DNA of 64,000 nucleotides from Deltaproteobacteria bacterium (GTDB lineage Bacteria; Desulfobacterota; GWC2-55-46): NCBI GenBank assembly GCA_016177845.1, contig JACOUO010000011.1, positions 128,326 to 192,325 of the forward strand, read 5' to 3'. Shown piece by piece: positions 44,132 to 53,406 of this stretch (position 1 is its first letter; each line of letters starts with the position of its first letter). The notes under the pieces were generated by a model. It saw only the letters and a program-made list of their open reading frames with translations, ran no database searches and was not told where the DNA came from. The position numbers and the translations under genes were made by a program.

Positions 44132-47100
44132 ATGTCATTATACGAAATATGCATAAGAAGGCCTGTATTCGCAACGATGCTCATCCTGAGCCTTGTTGTG
44201 ATGGGGCTTGCCTCTTTCGGCAAGCTCGGGCTCGATATATTCCCGAAGGTCGATCTTCCGACCGTAACCATCACCACCCGTCTTGAAGGCGCAAGCCCTG
44301 AGGAGATAGAGAGCCAGATAACAAAGCCTATCGAAGAGGTCGTCAATACCATAAGCGGCATTGATGAGCTGCGCTCGACCACTATCGAAGGCCAGTCGCA
44401 GATATATGCCACATTCCTTCTTGAGAAGGACATAAATGTAGCAGCCAATGAGGTGAGGGATAAGGTCTCTACAATACTGTCAACCCTTCCGCTTGGCACG
44501 GATTCGCCGGTAATCGAGAAGGCAGACCCTGACGCCTCTCCCATCATGTCGCTTGTTGTCTCAGGCAAGCGCTCAGCGCGTGAAGTAACTGAAATTGCCG
44601 ACAAGAAGATAAAAAGGCAGCTTGAAGTCATTGAGAATATGGGCGCTATTACCCTTGTCGGCCATAGGCAGAGGGAAGTGCAGGTCGTAATAGACCCTAA
44701 TAGGCTGATTGCCTACAACCTATCAATCGTCAATGTAAAAGAGGCCCTTAAAAGGCAGAATGTCGAGATACCCGGAGGCCGCATCACCTGGGATGCCCGT
44801 GAGCAGGGCTTAAGGACAATGGGCAGGCTTGAGGATGTAAATGAGTTCAATGACCTCATTGTCGCTGACTTTAAAGGCGCGCCTGTGAGGGTCAAAGACA
44901 TAGGCTACGCAATCGATACAGAGGAAGAGCCCCGTTCCATCTCAAGGCTTGACGGCAATAACGCCGTATCCATGCTTGTAAGAAAGCAGTCGGGCACAAA
45001 TACCGTCAAGGTCGTTGATGATGTAAAGGCAAAGCTTGCCGAGATTAAGGCTACTCTGCCGCCTGACATAGATATTCAGGTCGTAACAGACCAGTCCAAG
45101 TTCATCAAAAAATCCATCTCACAGGTCGAAGAGCACCTTGTATTAGGCTCGATTCTGGCAAGCCTCATCATCCTACTTTTCATAAAGAACTGGAGGACGG
45201 CATTCATAGCGGCTCTTGCCATACCGGCCTCTATCATAGGCACATTCACGATATTGAGGTACATGGGCTTTACTCTCAATAACATGACGCTCCTTGCGCT
45301 TTCGGTCTGCACAGGTATTGTCATAGATGACGCTATTATTGTGCTTGAAAATATCTTCAGGCACATGGAAGAGGAGGGCAGAAGCCCTGTTGAGGCCGCT
45401 ATCCACGGCACAAAGGAGATAGCCCTTGCTGTTATGGCAACAACCCTTTCCCTTGTGGTTATATTCCTTCCCGTTGCCTTTATGTCAGGCCTTGTCGGAA
45501 GGTTCTGGAAGAGCTTTGGCCTGACAGCGACATTCGCCATAATGATATCCCTGCTTGTCTCCTTCACGCTTACGCCCATGCTTTCAGCAAGGCTCCTTAA
45601 GCACAAAGGCGGCGAGAAGAAAAAGGATTCAAAGCTTTATTCGAAGATGGAGGCGTCATACCTGTGGCTTCTCAGTTGGTGCCTGCGTCACCGCATAGTG
45701 GCCATCATCGCAGCCATAGCCATATTTTTCTCGGTTGTGCCGCTCTTTAAGATAGCCAAGGCAGAGTTCATAGTTGACGATGACATGAGCGAGTTTGAGG
45801 TGGTCGTTGAGACCCCGCCGGGCTCTTCGCTTGCAAAAACAGATGAGATACTCAAGGGTGTGGAGGCCGAAATAGCCAAGATACCGGAAGTGGTGCATGT
45901 GTTTACCACAATCGGCGTAAGGGGGCAGTATCTCTCAAATGTAACAGATTCCTCAATCTATGTCGGCCTAAAGCATCTCTCTGAGAGGCAGAGGACCCAA
46001 GGTGAGCTTATGCAGGAGGCGCGAATACTCCTCCAGAAATTCCCGAACTTAAGGATAAGCGTTCAGAATATAAATCTCATATCAGGCGGCGGTTTCAAGG
46101 CTACTCCGTTTAACCTCGTAATCAGGGGGCCGGAGCTTCAGAAGCTTGATGAATACTCAAGCAAGCTCATCCAAAGCCTTAAGGCCATCCCCGGCTTTGT
46201 TGATACCGATACAGGACAGGCCTATAAACATCCTGAACTGCAGGTCTATATTGACAGGAAAAAGGCCTCTGACCTTGGCGTCAAGGTTGATTCCATAGCG
46301 ACAAGCCTAAGGACAATGGTCGGAGGTGAAAAGGTCACTCTCTTCAGGGAAGGTGACGAGCAGTACGATGTAAGGCTCAGGCTTGCCGATACATACAGGA
46401 GCAATGCTGAGGCAATAGAGCAGCTCTCGGTACCTAATAATGAGGGCAAGCTCATAAAGCTCAATAACTTTGCTACCCTTACCCCGGGGACAAGCCCCGG
46501 CCAGATAGACAGGTATTCGCAGGAAAGGCAGATTACCGTCATATCAAACCTGAATATGCTACCGCTTGGCGAGGCAGTGACGCGCGCCAATGAGGCTGTG
46601 GCTGATATGAATATGCCTGCCGAGTACAGCACGACTTACCTTGGAAGGGGAAAGCTTATGAAGGACGCTTTCCAGAACTTCCTGATAGCGTTTGTATTGA
46701 GCCTCATATTCATATACATGGTGCTTGCGGCGCAGTTTGAGAGCTTCGTGCACCCGATAACCATAATGGTATCCATCTTCCTGAGTATCCCGTTCGGGAT
46801 TTTGAGCATTATCCTTGCGGGAAGCACTGTGAACATATACAGCGTCATGGGCCTTTTCATCCTTATCGGCGTTGTAAAGAAAAACGCCATCCTCCAGATA
46901 GACTACACCAATACGCTGAGGGGCAGGGGCATGGAGAGATATGCCGCGCAGATGGAGGCAAACAGGGTAAGGCTCAGGCCGATACTTATGACAACCCTTG
47001 CTATCATTGCCGGTATGCTGCCTGTCACGCTGGGCAAGGGAGACGGCTCTTCATCAAGGGCATCGATGGCAGTGGTAATCGTAGGCGGACAGGCTCTATG

Positions 47101-47239
47101 CCTTCTTGTAACCCTTGTCATTATCCCTGTTGTCTATTCCGCTTTCGATGATCTGAGGGGCTTCGGGTATTTTAAAAAGGTCAGGTTCCCGTGGCGCAGG
47201 AATTCAGTTGTAAATGAGGATAACTATACGAATGTGTGA
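44132..47239 (+). CDS. RND efflux permease (AcrB/HAE1-like)
   Basis: 1035 aa with 12 TM helices and two large periplasmic loops, and a conserved ...GIVIDDAIIVLENI... motif. Confidence 0.9.
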   Translation: MSLYEICIRRPVFATMLILSLVVMGLASFGKLGLDIFPKVDLPTVTITTRLEGASPEEIESQITKPIEEVVNTISGIDELRSTTIEGQSQIYATFLLEKDINVAANEVRDKVSTILSTLPLGTDSPVIEKADPDASPIMSLVVSGKRSAREVTEIADKKIKRQLEVIENMGAITLVGHRQREVQVVIDPNRLIAYNLSIVNVKEALKRQNVEIPGGRITWDAREQGLRTMGRLEDVNEFNDLIVADFKGAPVRVKDIGYAIDTEEEPRSISRLDGNNAVSMLVRKQSGTNTVKVVDDVKAKLAEIKATLPPDIDIQVVTDQSKFIKKSISQVEEHLVLGSILASLIILLFIKNWRTAFIAALAIPASIIGTFTILRYMGFTLNNMTLLALSVCTGIVIDDAIIVLENIFRHMEEEGRSPVEAAIHGTKEIALAVMATTLSLVVIFLPVAFMSGLVGRFWKSFGLTATFAIMISLLVSFTLTPMLSARLLKHKGGEKKKDSKLYSKMEASYLWLLSWCLRHRIVAIIAAIAIFFSVVPLFKIAKAEFIVDDDMSEFEVVVETPPGSSLAKTDEILKGVEAEIAKIPEVVHVFTTIGVRGQYLSNVTDSSIYVGLKHLSERQRTQGELMQEARILLQKFPNLRISVQNINLISGGGFKATPFNLVIRGPELQKLDEYSSKLIQSLKAIPGFVDTDTGQAYKHPELQVYIDRKKASDLGVKVDSIATSLRTMVGGEKVTLFREGDEQYDVRLRLADTYRSNAEAIEQLSVPNNEGKLIKLNNFATLTPGTSPGQIDRYSQERQITVISNLNMLPLGEAVTRANEAVADMNMPAEYSTTYLGRGKLMKDAFQNFLIAFVLSLIFIYMVLAAQFESFVHPITIMVSIFLSIPFGILSIILAGSTVNIYSVMGLFILIGVVKKNAILQIDYTNTLRGRGMERYAAQMEANRVRLRPILMTTLAIIAGMLPVTLGKGDGSSSRASMAVVIVGGQALCLLVTLVIIPVVYSAFDDLRGFGYFKKVRFPWRRNSVVNEDNYTNV

Positions 47240-47271
47240 TTCTCTTTAGGAAAATTTGACCTGAAACCTGA

Positions 47272-47298
47272 GGCGGGCATTTTGCCCGCCTTTTTTTT
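47272..47298 (+). terminator. Rho-independent terminator after the RND operon
   Basis: GGCGGGCATTTTGCCCGCC followed by TTTTTTTT. Confidence 0.85.
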
Positions 47299-47351
47299 AT
47301 TTCATCAGCGATTCTTGACAATCAGGAGGGGCTGATTAAGACTTGTAAGTA

Positions 47352-48299
47352 ATGAAAAGAATAAACACCTCTAATATACTCCTCTATGTAATCTTTATTT
47401 TACTGCCACTTACCCTTATTGCAGGCAACCAGTTCTGGACATCGAAAAAGGCCTCGCCCAACAAGAGATCCGAAGTCTCTGCAGCTGCTTTAGGTGATAA
47501 GATATTCGTTATCGGGGGCTACAGAATGCTGGGGGCCACTGACCTTGTCGAGGTATATGACTCAAAGACTGACACATGGTCTGAGGCAGCAGACCTGCCT
47601 ACGGCGCTCCACCATACTGCCGCGGCAGAGGTCAACGGAAGGGTCTATGTGATTGGAGGCTTTAAGGGGCTTTTAAGCTGGTCTCCTGTAAATACTGTCT
47701 ACGAATATGTCCCATCAGAAGATAAGTGGATAGCGAAAGCTCCCATGCCGACATCAAGGGGCGCGCTTGCCGCCTCTGTGGTCGATGGAAAGATATATGC
47801 CATCGGAGGAATGGGCAAGGAAGGGGATGTGGACTCAAATGAGGTCTATGACCCAATAGAGGATAAATGGGAGAAGAGATCGCCCATGCCGACCGCGAGA
47901 GACCACCTTGCGGCAGCTGAAGTAAACGGAAGGATATACGCCGTAGGAGGCAGGGTAGAGACTTATAATAAAAACCTAAATGTCAATGAGGAGTATGACC
48001 CTGCAGATGACTCCTGGCATAAGTCAGTTCCCATGCCAACGAAACGAAGCGGCATAGCAGCCGCGTCTTTGAAGGGCAAGGTATATGTATTCGGGGGAGA
48101 GGCACCCGAAGGCACTTACAATGCGGTCGAGGAGTATGAACCGAAGGCAAACATATGGAGAAAACTTCCCGCAATGCCTACCTCAAGGCACGGGCTTGGT
48201 GCAGCAGCGGTCGGCAATGAAATATACGTGATAGATGGAGGAACCCGGACAGGGGCCTCCTTCAGCGGTTTGAACGAGGTCTTTAATCCCCTTAAGTAA
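47352..48299 (+). CDS. Secreted Kelch-repeat beta-propeller protein
   Basis: 315 aa with a signal peptide and six repeats of ...G-x-[IV]Y[VA][IF]GG.... Confidence 0.7.
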   Translation: MKRINTSNILLYVIFILLPLTLIAGNQFWTSKKASPNKRSEVSAAALGDKIFVIGGYRMLGATDLVEVYDSKTDTWSEAADLPTALHHTAAAEVNGRVYVIGGFKGLLSWSPVNTVYEYVPSEDKWIAKAPMPTSRGALAASVVDGKIYAIGGMGKEGDVDSNEVYDPIEDKWEKRSPMPTARDHLAAAEVNGRIYAVGGRVETYNKNLNVNEEYDPADDSWHKSVPMPTKRSGIAAASLKGKVYVFGGEAPEGTYNAVEEYEPKANIWRKLPAMPTSRHGLGAAAVGNEIYVIDGGTRTGASFSGLNEVFNPLK

Positions 48300-48308
48300 G
48301 GCAAAATC

Positions 48309-49289
48309 ATGGACCTGTTATTTCTTGGCGATGTTATGCTCGGAAGGCTCGTCAATCGGATGCTTGAGAAAAAAACTCCCGAATACCCTTGGGGTGATAC
48401 GCTTCCTCTTATCAGAAAAGCAGATTTGAGGGTTTGCAATTTAGAATGCGTTATCTCTGATTTCGGCGTTCCGTGGTCTGCTACTCCAAAGGTCTTTCAC
48501 TTCCGCACAGATGAGAAAAATGTCAAATGCCTCAAAGCGGCAGGCATTGACATCGTATCCCTTGCCAATAACCATGTACTCGATTTCGAGTACGATGCCC
48601 TGACAGGGATGCTCTCTATACTCGACAGGGAGGGTGTTGTACATGCAGGTGCAGGCAATAATATAAAAGAGGCCTCTCAGCCCGCAACGATAAGCATAGA
48701 CGGGCTTAAGGTAGCGTTGGTGGCCTTTACCGATAATGAGCCGTCATGGGAAGCGCAGGACAGCCTTCCGGGCGTATTGTTCTGTCCTATTGACATAAAA
48801 GACGAGCGGGCGAAAAGTGTCTTTGAGATTGTAAGGCAGACCAAGGCCAAGGTAGACCTTGTCATTGCTTCAGCCCATTGGGGGCCGAACTGGGGGTACA
48901 GGCCAAGGCCAAAGCACATTCCTTTTGCCCATGCCCTGATAGATGCAGGGGCGGATATTGTTTTCGGCCATTCGTGCCATGTGTTTCATGGCATTGAGAT
49001 ATATAAGAAAAGGCCGATAATCTACAGCGCGGGGGATTTTATCGATGATTACGCCGTAGATGAGATAGAAAGGAATGATGAGTCTTTTATCTTCATTGTA
49101 CATACCGAAGGGAAAAGGATTACGGGGCTGACATTGCATCCCACTATCATCTCTGAATTTCAGGCCTCGATGGCATGGGTCCCAAGGGCAGAGCTGATAT
49201 CTGCAAAGATGAAGAATCTGTGCTCTGAGTTCGGCACTAAGGCTGAGTGGAACGGGAAAAGGCACTGCCTGAAGGTCGAAGTAAGCTAA
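48309..49289 (+). CDS. CapA/PgsA-family metallophosphatase-like protein
   Basis: 326 aa. MDLLFLGDVMLGRLVN... and ...NLECVIS..., ...SLANNHVLDF... are hallmarks of the CapA family. Confidence 0.75.
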   Translation: MDLLFLGDVMLGRLVNRMLEKKTPEYPWGDTLPLIRKADLRVCNLECVISDFGVPWSATPKVFHFRTDEKNVKCLKAAGIDIVSLANNHVLDFEYDALTGMLSILDREGVVHAGAGNNIKEASQPATISIDGLKVALVAFTDNEPSWEAQDSLPGVLFCPIDIKDERAKSVFEIVRQTKAKVDLVIASAHWGPNWGYRPRPKHIPFAHALIDAGADIVFGHSCHVFHGIEIYKKRPIIYSAGDFIDDYAVDEIERNDESFIFIVHTEGKRITGLTLHPTIISEFQASMAWVPRAELISAKMKNLCSEFGTKAEWNGKRHCLKVEVS

Positions 49290-49382
49290 AAAGCTTGCTT
49301 TTTTTATGACGAAAATCATATAATATAAGCGTATTTCAAAGTATATTATAAATTGAAATTATATAAAAGGAGGGTTTCAAAG

Positions 49383-49598
49383 ATGCCTGATACAATTAGC
49401 GGAGATATGACCACCGGTGAAGTAACAACAAGGTGGCCGTCCACAAAAGAGGTATTTACCAAGCATTTCGGTTCAGGCTGTTTCTCATGTCCTGCGTTCG
49501 GCGGCGAGCCGATCTCAATGGCGTGCGCTATGCACAGCACTGATTTAAATATGTTTGTCGGGGAACTCAAGGAAGCAGCAAAAAGAGATCAGCCGTAA
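49383..49598 (+). CDS. DUF1858-like small redox/disulfide protein
   Basis: Region TTGEVTTRWPSTKEVFTKHFGSGCFSCPAFGGEPISMACAMHSTD. An SD AAAGGAGGG lies before the ATG at 49383. The six-frame ORF starts at 49353. Confidence 0.6.
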   Translation: MPDTISGDMTTGEVTTRWPSTKEVFTKHFGSGCFSCPAFGGEPISMACAMHSTDLNMFVGELKEAAKRDQP

Positions 49599-49620
49599 GA
49601 CAGACAGTTGTAATGACATT

Positions 49621-49660
49621 TAAAAGGGCAGGGGTTTTAGTTATCCCTGCCCTTTTTTAG
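49621..49660. terminator. Bidirectional rho-independent terminator between convergent genes
   Basis: AAAGGGCAGGG-GTTTTAGTTAT-CCCTGCCCTTTTTT, with A/T tracts on both sides. Confidence 0.8.
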
Positions 49661-49661
49661 T

Positions 49662-50897
49662 TTAAAGAAAGTTGTTCTGCGCAAGCTTTTCATAGATTAG
49701 CGCAAGCTCTTCATTGAGCCTTTTTATGTCATACTTCTTTTCAACGAACTGCCTGCCCTGCCTGCCCATCTCAGGCCATATATCTGGATGCTCGATAAGG
49801 TATTCCATCCTCTCGGCAAGCGCCTCTATATTCTTCTCAGGCACAAGGTATCCTGATTTGCAGTCAAGCACGCCTTCAGGCACTCCGTTATGAATTGTAG
49901 AGAGCACAGGCATGCCTGTTGCCTGGGCCTCCTGCAGAACAAGCGCCTGGCCCTCCCTGTCCTCATCGGTTGCGGTAATGCTCGGAAGCAGAAAGATGTG
50001 GCAGTCGTGGTAGAGCCTTATGACCTCATCCTCCCTGACCTCACTTAAAAAAACTACATTTTCCTGCAATCCCAGCTCGGCTACGAGAGCTTCAAGGCGC
50101 TTTTTTAAAGGCCCATCCCCTGCGATGTAGTAAACGACATTCGGGTGCTTCTGCGCCACTTTGGCAAGGGCCCTTATGCCGTATTCATGCCCTTTCTTCT
50201 CAACAAGCCTGCCAATGGTCAGGAACTTTACCGCCTCTCCGTGAGCATGCCTTCTTTTCAGGAATTCAAACCGTTCTATTTTAAATCCTACGGGCAGGGT
50301 GACTATCTTACCCTCATCGCAACCGAGGTTTACTACCTGATGCTTCGTAAAATTTGTGTTGACCGTAAACAGGTCGCCTCTTCTGAAGAGGTCGTCATAA
50401 TAGTTGCTGCTTGCCTTTTTGGGCAGGCTGTTTACATCGTAGCCGTGGAATGTCGTAATGTATTTCCCTGTAAAACCGAGTTCTTTCAGACTTATTGCCA
50501 ATGCCCCGTTTATGCCGAAGTGGCAGTGTGTTATGTCGAAGTTCTTTCCGATGAACGGGATGACTATGTAGAGCATCTTGAGCGACATCGCTTTTTTGCC
50601 GTACTTGAACACATTTACGGATTTTAGTATCAGGCGCGGGTCTTTGTGAAAATTCTTTGCGATGAGATAGATGGCTTTAAGGGAACGCCAAAGCCTGTTC
50701 TCCGGCGTGCTGAAAAAATGAGTGCGCTCCATCAGGCGGTACTTTTTAACATCAGGATGTATCTTATGCTCCTTTGAGTTTTTGTATTCGGCAAAGATCT
50801 CGACATCATACCCCATATCCAAAAGACCTGTTATCTGGTTTGTAATAAAAGTCTCGGATAATTTCGGAAAGGTGCTGACTACAAAAGCTATTTTCAT
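49662..50897 (-). CDS. Family 4 glycosyltransferase
   Basis: 411 aa with a GT-B fold. C-terminal motif region ...LLPSITATDEDREGQALVLQEAQATGMPVLSTIHNGVPE. Confidence 0.8.
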   Translation of the reverse strand: MKIAFVVSTFPKLSETFITNQITGLLDMGYDVEIFAEYKNSKEHKIHPDVKKYRLMERTHFFSTPENRLWRSLKAIYLIAKNFHKDPRLILKSVNVFKYGKKAMSLKMLYIVIPFIGKNFDITHCHFGINGALAISLKELGFTGKYITTFHGYDVNSLPKKASSNYYDDLFRRGDLFTVNTNFTKHQVVNLGCDEGKIVTLPVGFKIERFEFLKRRHAHGEAVKFLTIGRLVEKKGHEYGIRALAKVAQKHPNVVYYIAGDGPLKKRLEALVAELGLQENVVFLSEVREDEVIRLYHDCHIFLLPSITATDEDREGQALVLQEAQATGMPVLSTIHNGVPEGVLDCKSGYLVPEKNIEALAERMEYLIEHPDIWPEMGRQGRQFVEKKYDIKRLNEELALIYEKLAQNNFL

Positions 50898-50997
50898 GTT
50901 TTTTTCTCATTGCTGTTTAATAGGTTATTGTATTTTTAAAACCCCAGATAATCCTCCCTGTTTTGATTATTTATTAATTCTTCCCAAAGTCAAATCA

Positions 50998-51046
50998 GCC
51001 CTGAATTGTTTCAAAACAGAAAAATGTTTCTCAAGTGAAACATTTA
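50998..51046 (+). promoter_or_regulatory. Palindromic upstream element, copy A (TGTTTCAAAACA + TGTTTCTCAAGTGAAACA), ~140-190 bp upstream of a sigma-54-like promoter
   Basis: ~85% identical over ~50 bp to copy B at 51826-51873. It contains two palindromes readable directly in the sequence. Confidence 0.5.
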
Positions 51047-51185
51047 TACAACTATTTGATTTTTAATATGATTTTTAGAACTAATTCGATGATGTTTCAG
51101 ATTGGAACAAACACAAAAGCAGGGCGGAATTATCTGTTCTTAAATATTGTAAATAAATCAAGAGGTTAGCTGTCTTTAAGGGTGT

Positions 51186-51201
51186 TGGCACGCTTCTTGT
51201 A
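51186..51201 (+). promoter_or_regulatory. Putative sigma-54 (-24/-12) promoter TGGCACG-N4-TTGT
   Basis: TGGCACGCTTCTTGTA matches the TGGCACG-N4-TTGCW consensus except for GT instead of GC at -12. It is 55 nt upstream of the first small ORF. A sigma-54 enhancer-binding-protein (bEBP) gene is adjacent, and a palindromic upstream activating sequence (UAS)-like element lies upstream. Confidence 0.3.
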
Positions 51202-51256
51202 TTATACCAGTGCAAGGCAACTGAGATGCTTTGATGGAACAAGGAGGTGAACAACA

Positions 51257-51361
51257 TGAAGGATATGGTTTTCAGTAAGGAAGTATTGGTGCTGTTGTTT
51301 GGGGTCATATCGCTGGTTATAGCGGGTTTTGCTCAGGCCGCAAGAGGAATGATCTTTTAAG
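51257..51361 (+). CDS. Small hydrophobic peptide (34 aa)
   Basis: MKDMVFSKEVLVLLFGVISLVIAGFAQAARGMIF, with an SD AAGGAGG 8 nt upstream. Confidence 0.35.
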
Positions 51362-51420
51362 GGTGTTTTAATGCTGAAATTATAAAATGTAGCTGTTGAC
51401 GCGCAGAAAGGAGGTTCATA

Positions 51421-51513
51421 TGAAAGAGAGGTTCACCAAATTCAATCTCATAGAAGTGGCTGTCCATATCACCATAGCACTGCTTATCTTCACAAATTTA
51501 GCAAACTGGTAGG
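51421..51513 (+). CDS. Small hydrophobic peptide (30 aa)
   Basis: MKERFTKFNLIEVAVHITIALLIFTNLANW, with an SD AAAGGAGG 7 nt upstream. Confidence 0.35.
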
Positions 51514-51565
51514 AAAAGGATTTTAGGTTAAAAAACATATTTAAAACATCGGAAGGAGGCTCTTT

Positions 51566-51694
51566 ATGAACAACAACATAAACAACATTGACAGGGAACT
51601 GAAAATAATCTGCAACATCATAGCTTTCGGGCTTATTTCAGCTTTTGCAGCCTCCGCCGCAGTATTGTCTTGCAGCTCACTTTTTAAAATATAA
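51566..51694 (+). CDS. Small hydrophobic peptide (42 aa)
   Basis: MNNNINNIDRELKIICNIIAFGLISAFAASAAVLSCSSLFKI, with an SD GGAAGGAGG 6 nt upstream. Confidence 0.35.
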   Translation: MNNNINNIDRELKIICNIIAFGLISAFAASAAVLSCSSLFKI

Positions 51695-51825
51695 CCCCGG
51701 AAATAAGCCGCCATTTACAGGGCGGATAATATAAAGCTTTAAACCCAAAACCATACCCCTCCAATTATCCTCGGCAAACCTACACGGACCCTCATCAGGC
51801 TGCATACCTGATGAGGGGAGCCTGT

Positions 51826-51873
51826 CCCTTGAAAATGTTTCAAAACAGCAACAATGTTTCCATAGTGAAATGA
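51826..51873 (+). promoter_or_regulatory. Palindromic upstream element, copy B, immediately upstream of a TTGACC-N18-TAGAAT sigma-70-like promoter of the bEBP gene
   Basis: Second copy of the element at 50998. TTGACC is at 51880-51885. Confidence 0.45.
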
Positions 51874-51931
51874 TTTCTCTTGACCATTCCATGTTTTTTA
51901 AATTAGAATCAAAGTACCTGGAGGGGTATTT

Positions 51932-53326
51932 ATGCCTGAAGATATAGTTAAAATGAGTGAAGAAAGTAATCTCAAGCCTCAACAGTATGACATGCACAAG
52001 TATCTTGAGGTAAACAGCGACACCATTCTCAACAGCATTGCAGACGGAGTGGTTGTTATCGGGCTAAACCATAATATACTCTTTGTGAACCGTGCCGCAA
52101 AAGAGATATTGGGGCGGGCAGAAGCGGAAGACCTGCTTGGCGGAGCCAAGTGCAGGGATTTGATGGGACACTCAGGGTGCACCTTCGGATGCCTTCTCAA
52201 TAACACCATCAAGACCGGACAGCATGTTTATAATTATGAAGTGACCTTTGAACGGGGCGATAAGACCATAATCTTAAGCATCAATACTGCCTTACTTAAA
52301 GACAAGGACAACAACACCATAGGCGGCATTGAGATATTCAGGGATGTATCGCTTATAAAAGAGCTTAAGGACGAGCTTAAAGGCAAGTATTCGTTCACCA
52401 ACATAATCGGCAAGAACCACCGCATGCACGAGGTCTTCGAGCTTCTGCACGAGGTCGCCCCAACAAAGGCAACGGTACTCATCCACGGAGAGACAGGCAC
52501 AGGCAAGGAGCTTATAGCCAATGCCATCCACCATAACTCACCAAGGAGCAGTGGGCCGTTTATAAAGGTCAACTGCGCAGCCCTCTCTGATAACCTCCTT
52601 GAGAGCGAGCTGTTCGGCCATGTCAAAGGCGCATTCACAGGCGCCATTGCAGATAAGGCAGGCAGGTTTGAGCTTGCGGACGGCGGCACAATCTTCCTTG
52701 ACGAGGTAGGCGATGTCAGCCCGCAGATGCAGGCAAAGATACTGCGCGTGCTGCAGGAAGGGGAATTTGAAAGGGTAGGGGGCACAAAGACCCAGAAGGT
52801 CAATGTAAGGGTTGTAACCGCAACCAACAAGGACCTCAAGGCCGCGGTTGAAAAGGGCGAGTTCAGGGAGGACCTTTACTACAGGCTTAAAGTAGTTCCC
52901 ATTCAGCTCCCCGCGCTTCGGGAGAGGAAAGACGATATACCGCTTCTGGTAAAGTATTTCATCGAGAAGTTCAACAAAGAGATGGGCGCAGGCATCACAA
53001 ATATCTCGCCCGCGGCAATGGAGCGGCTTATGGAATACGATTACCCGGGCAACATCAGGGAGCTTGAGCATATTATCGAGCACGCATTTGTAAGGTGCTC
53101 AGGCAAGACTTTAAACCCGGAGCATCTGCCAAAAGACCTGCAGAACAATAGCATAATCGGCAAGGTCATCAACAACTCAGAGCCCTTAAAGGCTCTTGAA
53201 AAGGAGATGATACTTAAGGGCCTGGACGAGACGGATTGGAAGTACAACGAATGCGCCAAAAAACTTAAGATGAGCAGGACGACCCTGTGGCGCAGGATGA
53301 AGGAGTTTAACATAGATAAGAGATAA
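51932..53326 (+). CDS. Sigma-54-dependent transcriptional activator (PAS – AAA+ – Fis HTH; no receiver domain)
   Basis: 464 aa with an N-terminal PAS ([30 protein letters not shown]), Walker A GETGTGKE, the GAFTGA motif and a C-terminal HTH ...[19 protein letters not shown]. Confidence 0.9.
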   Translation: MPEDIVKMSEESNLKPQQYDMHKYLEVNSDTILNSIADGVVVIGLNHNILFVNRAAKEILGRAEAEDLLGGAKCRDLMGHSGCTFGCLLNNTIKTGQHVYNYEVTFERGDKTIILSINTALLKDKDNNTIGGIEIFRDVSLIKELKDELKGKYSFTNIIGKNHRMHEVFELLHEVAPTKATVLIHGETGTGKELIANAIHHNSPRSSGPFIKVNCAALSDNLLESELFGHVKGAFTGAIADKAGRFELADGGTIFLDEVGDVSPQMQAKILRVLQEGEFERVGGTKTQKVNVRVVTATNKDLKAAVEKGEFREDLYYRLKVVPIQLPALRERKDDIPLLVKYFIEKFNKEMGAGITNISPAAMERLMEYDYPGNIRELEHIIEHAFVRCSGKTLNPEHLPKDLQNNSIIGKVINNSEPLKALEKEMILKGLDETDWKYNECAKKLKMSRTTLWRRMKEFNIDKR

Positions 53327-53406
53327 TCGGGTTCCCCCATCTCTGCCCTCCTTGACAATCATACCTCTATGACCAAGAATTATAGGAAGGTTAAAAACGG
53401 AGGGGT

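Noticed and set aside
51186-51205. Sigma-70 reading of the TTGGCA…TATTAT region
   Set aside because: TTGGCA and TATTAT are only 9 nt apart, which is incompatible with a 16–18-nt spacer. The -24/-12 (sigma-54) reading fits the spacing, so it is reported with low confidence instead.
51081-51308. 75-aa minus-strand ORF in the small-ORF region
   Set aside because: No SD. It overlaps the plus-strand SD+ATG of the first small peptide and the sigma-54-like promoter. Low-complexity translation.
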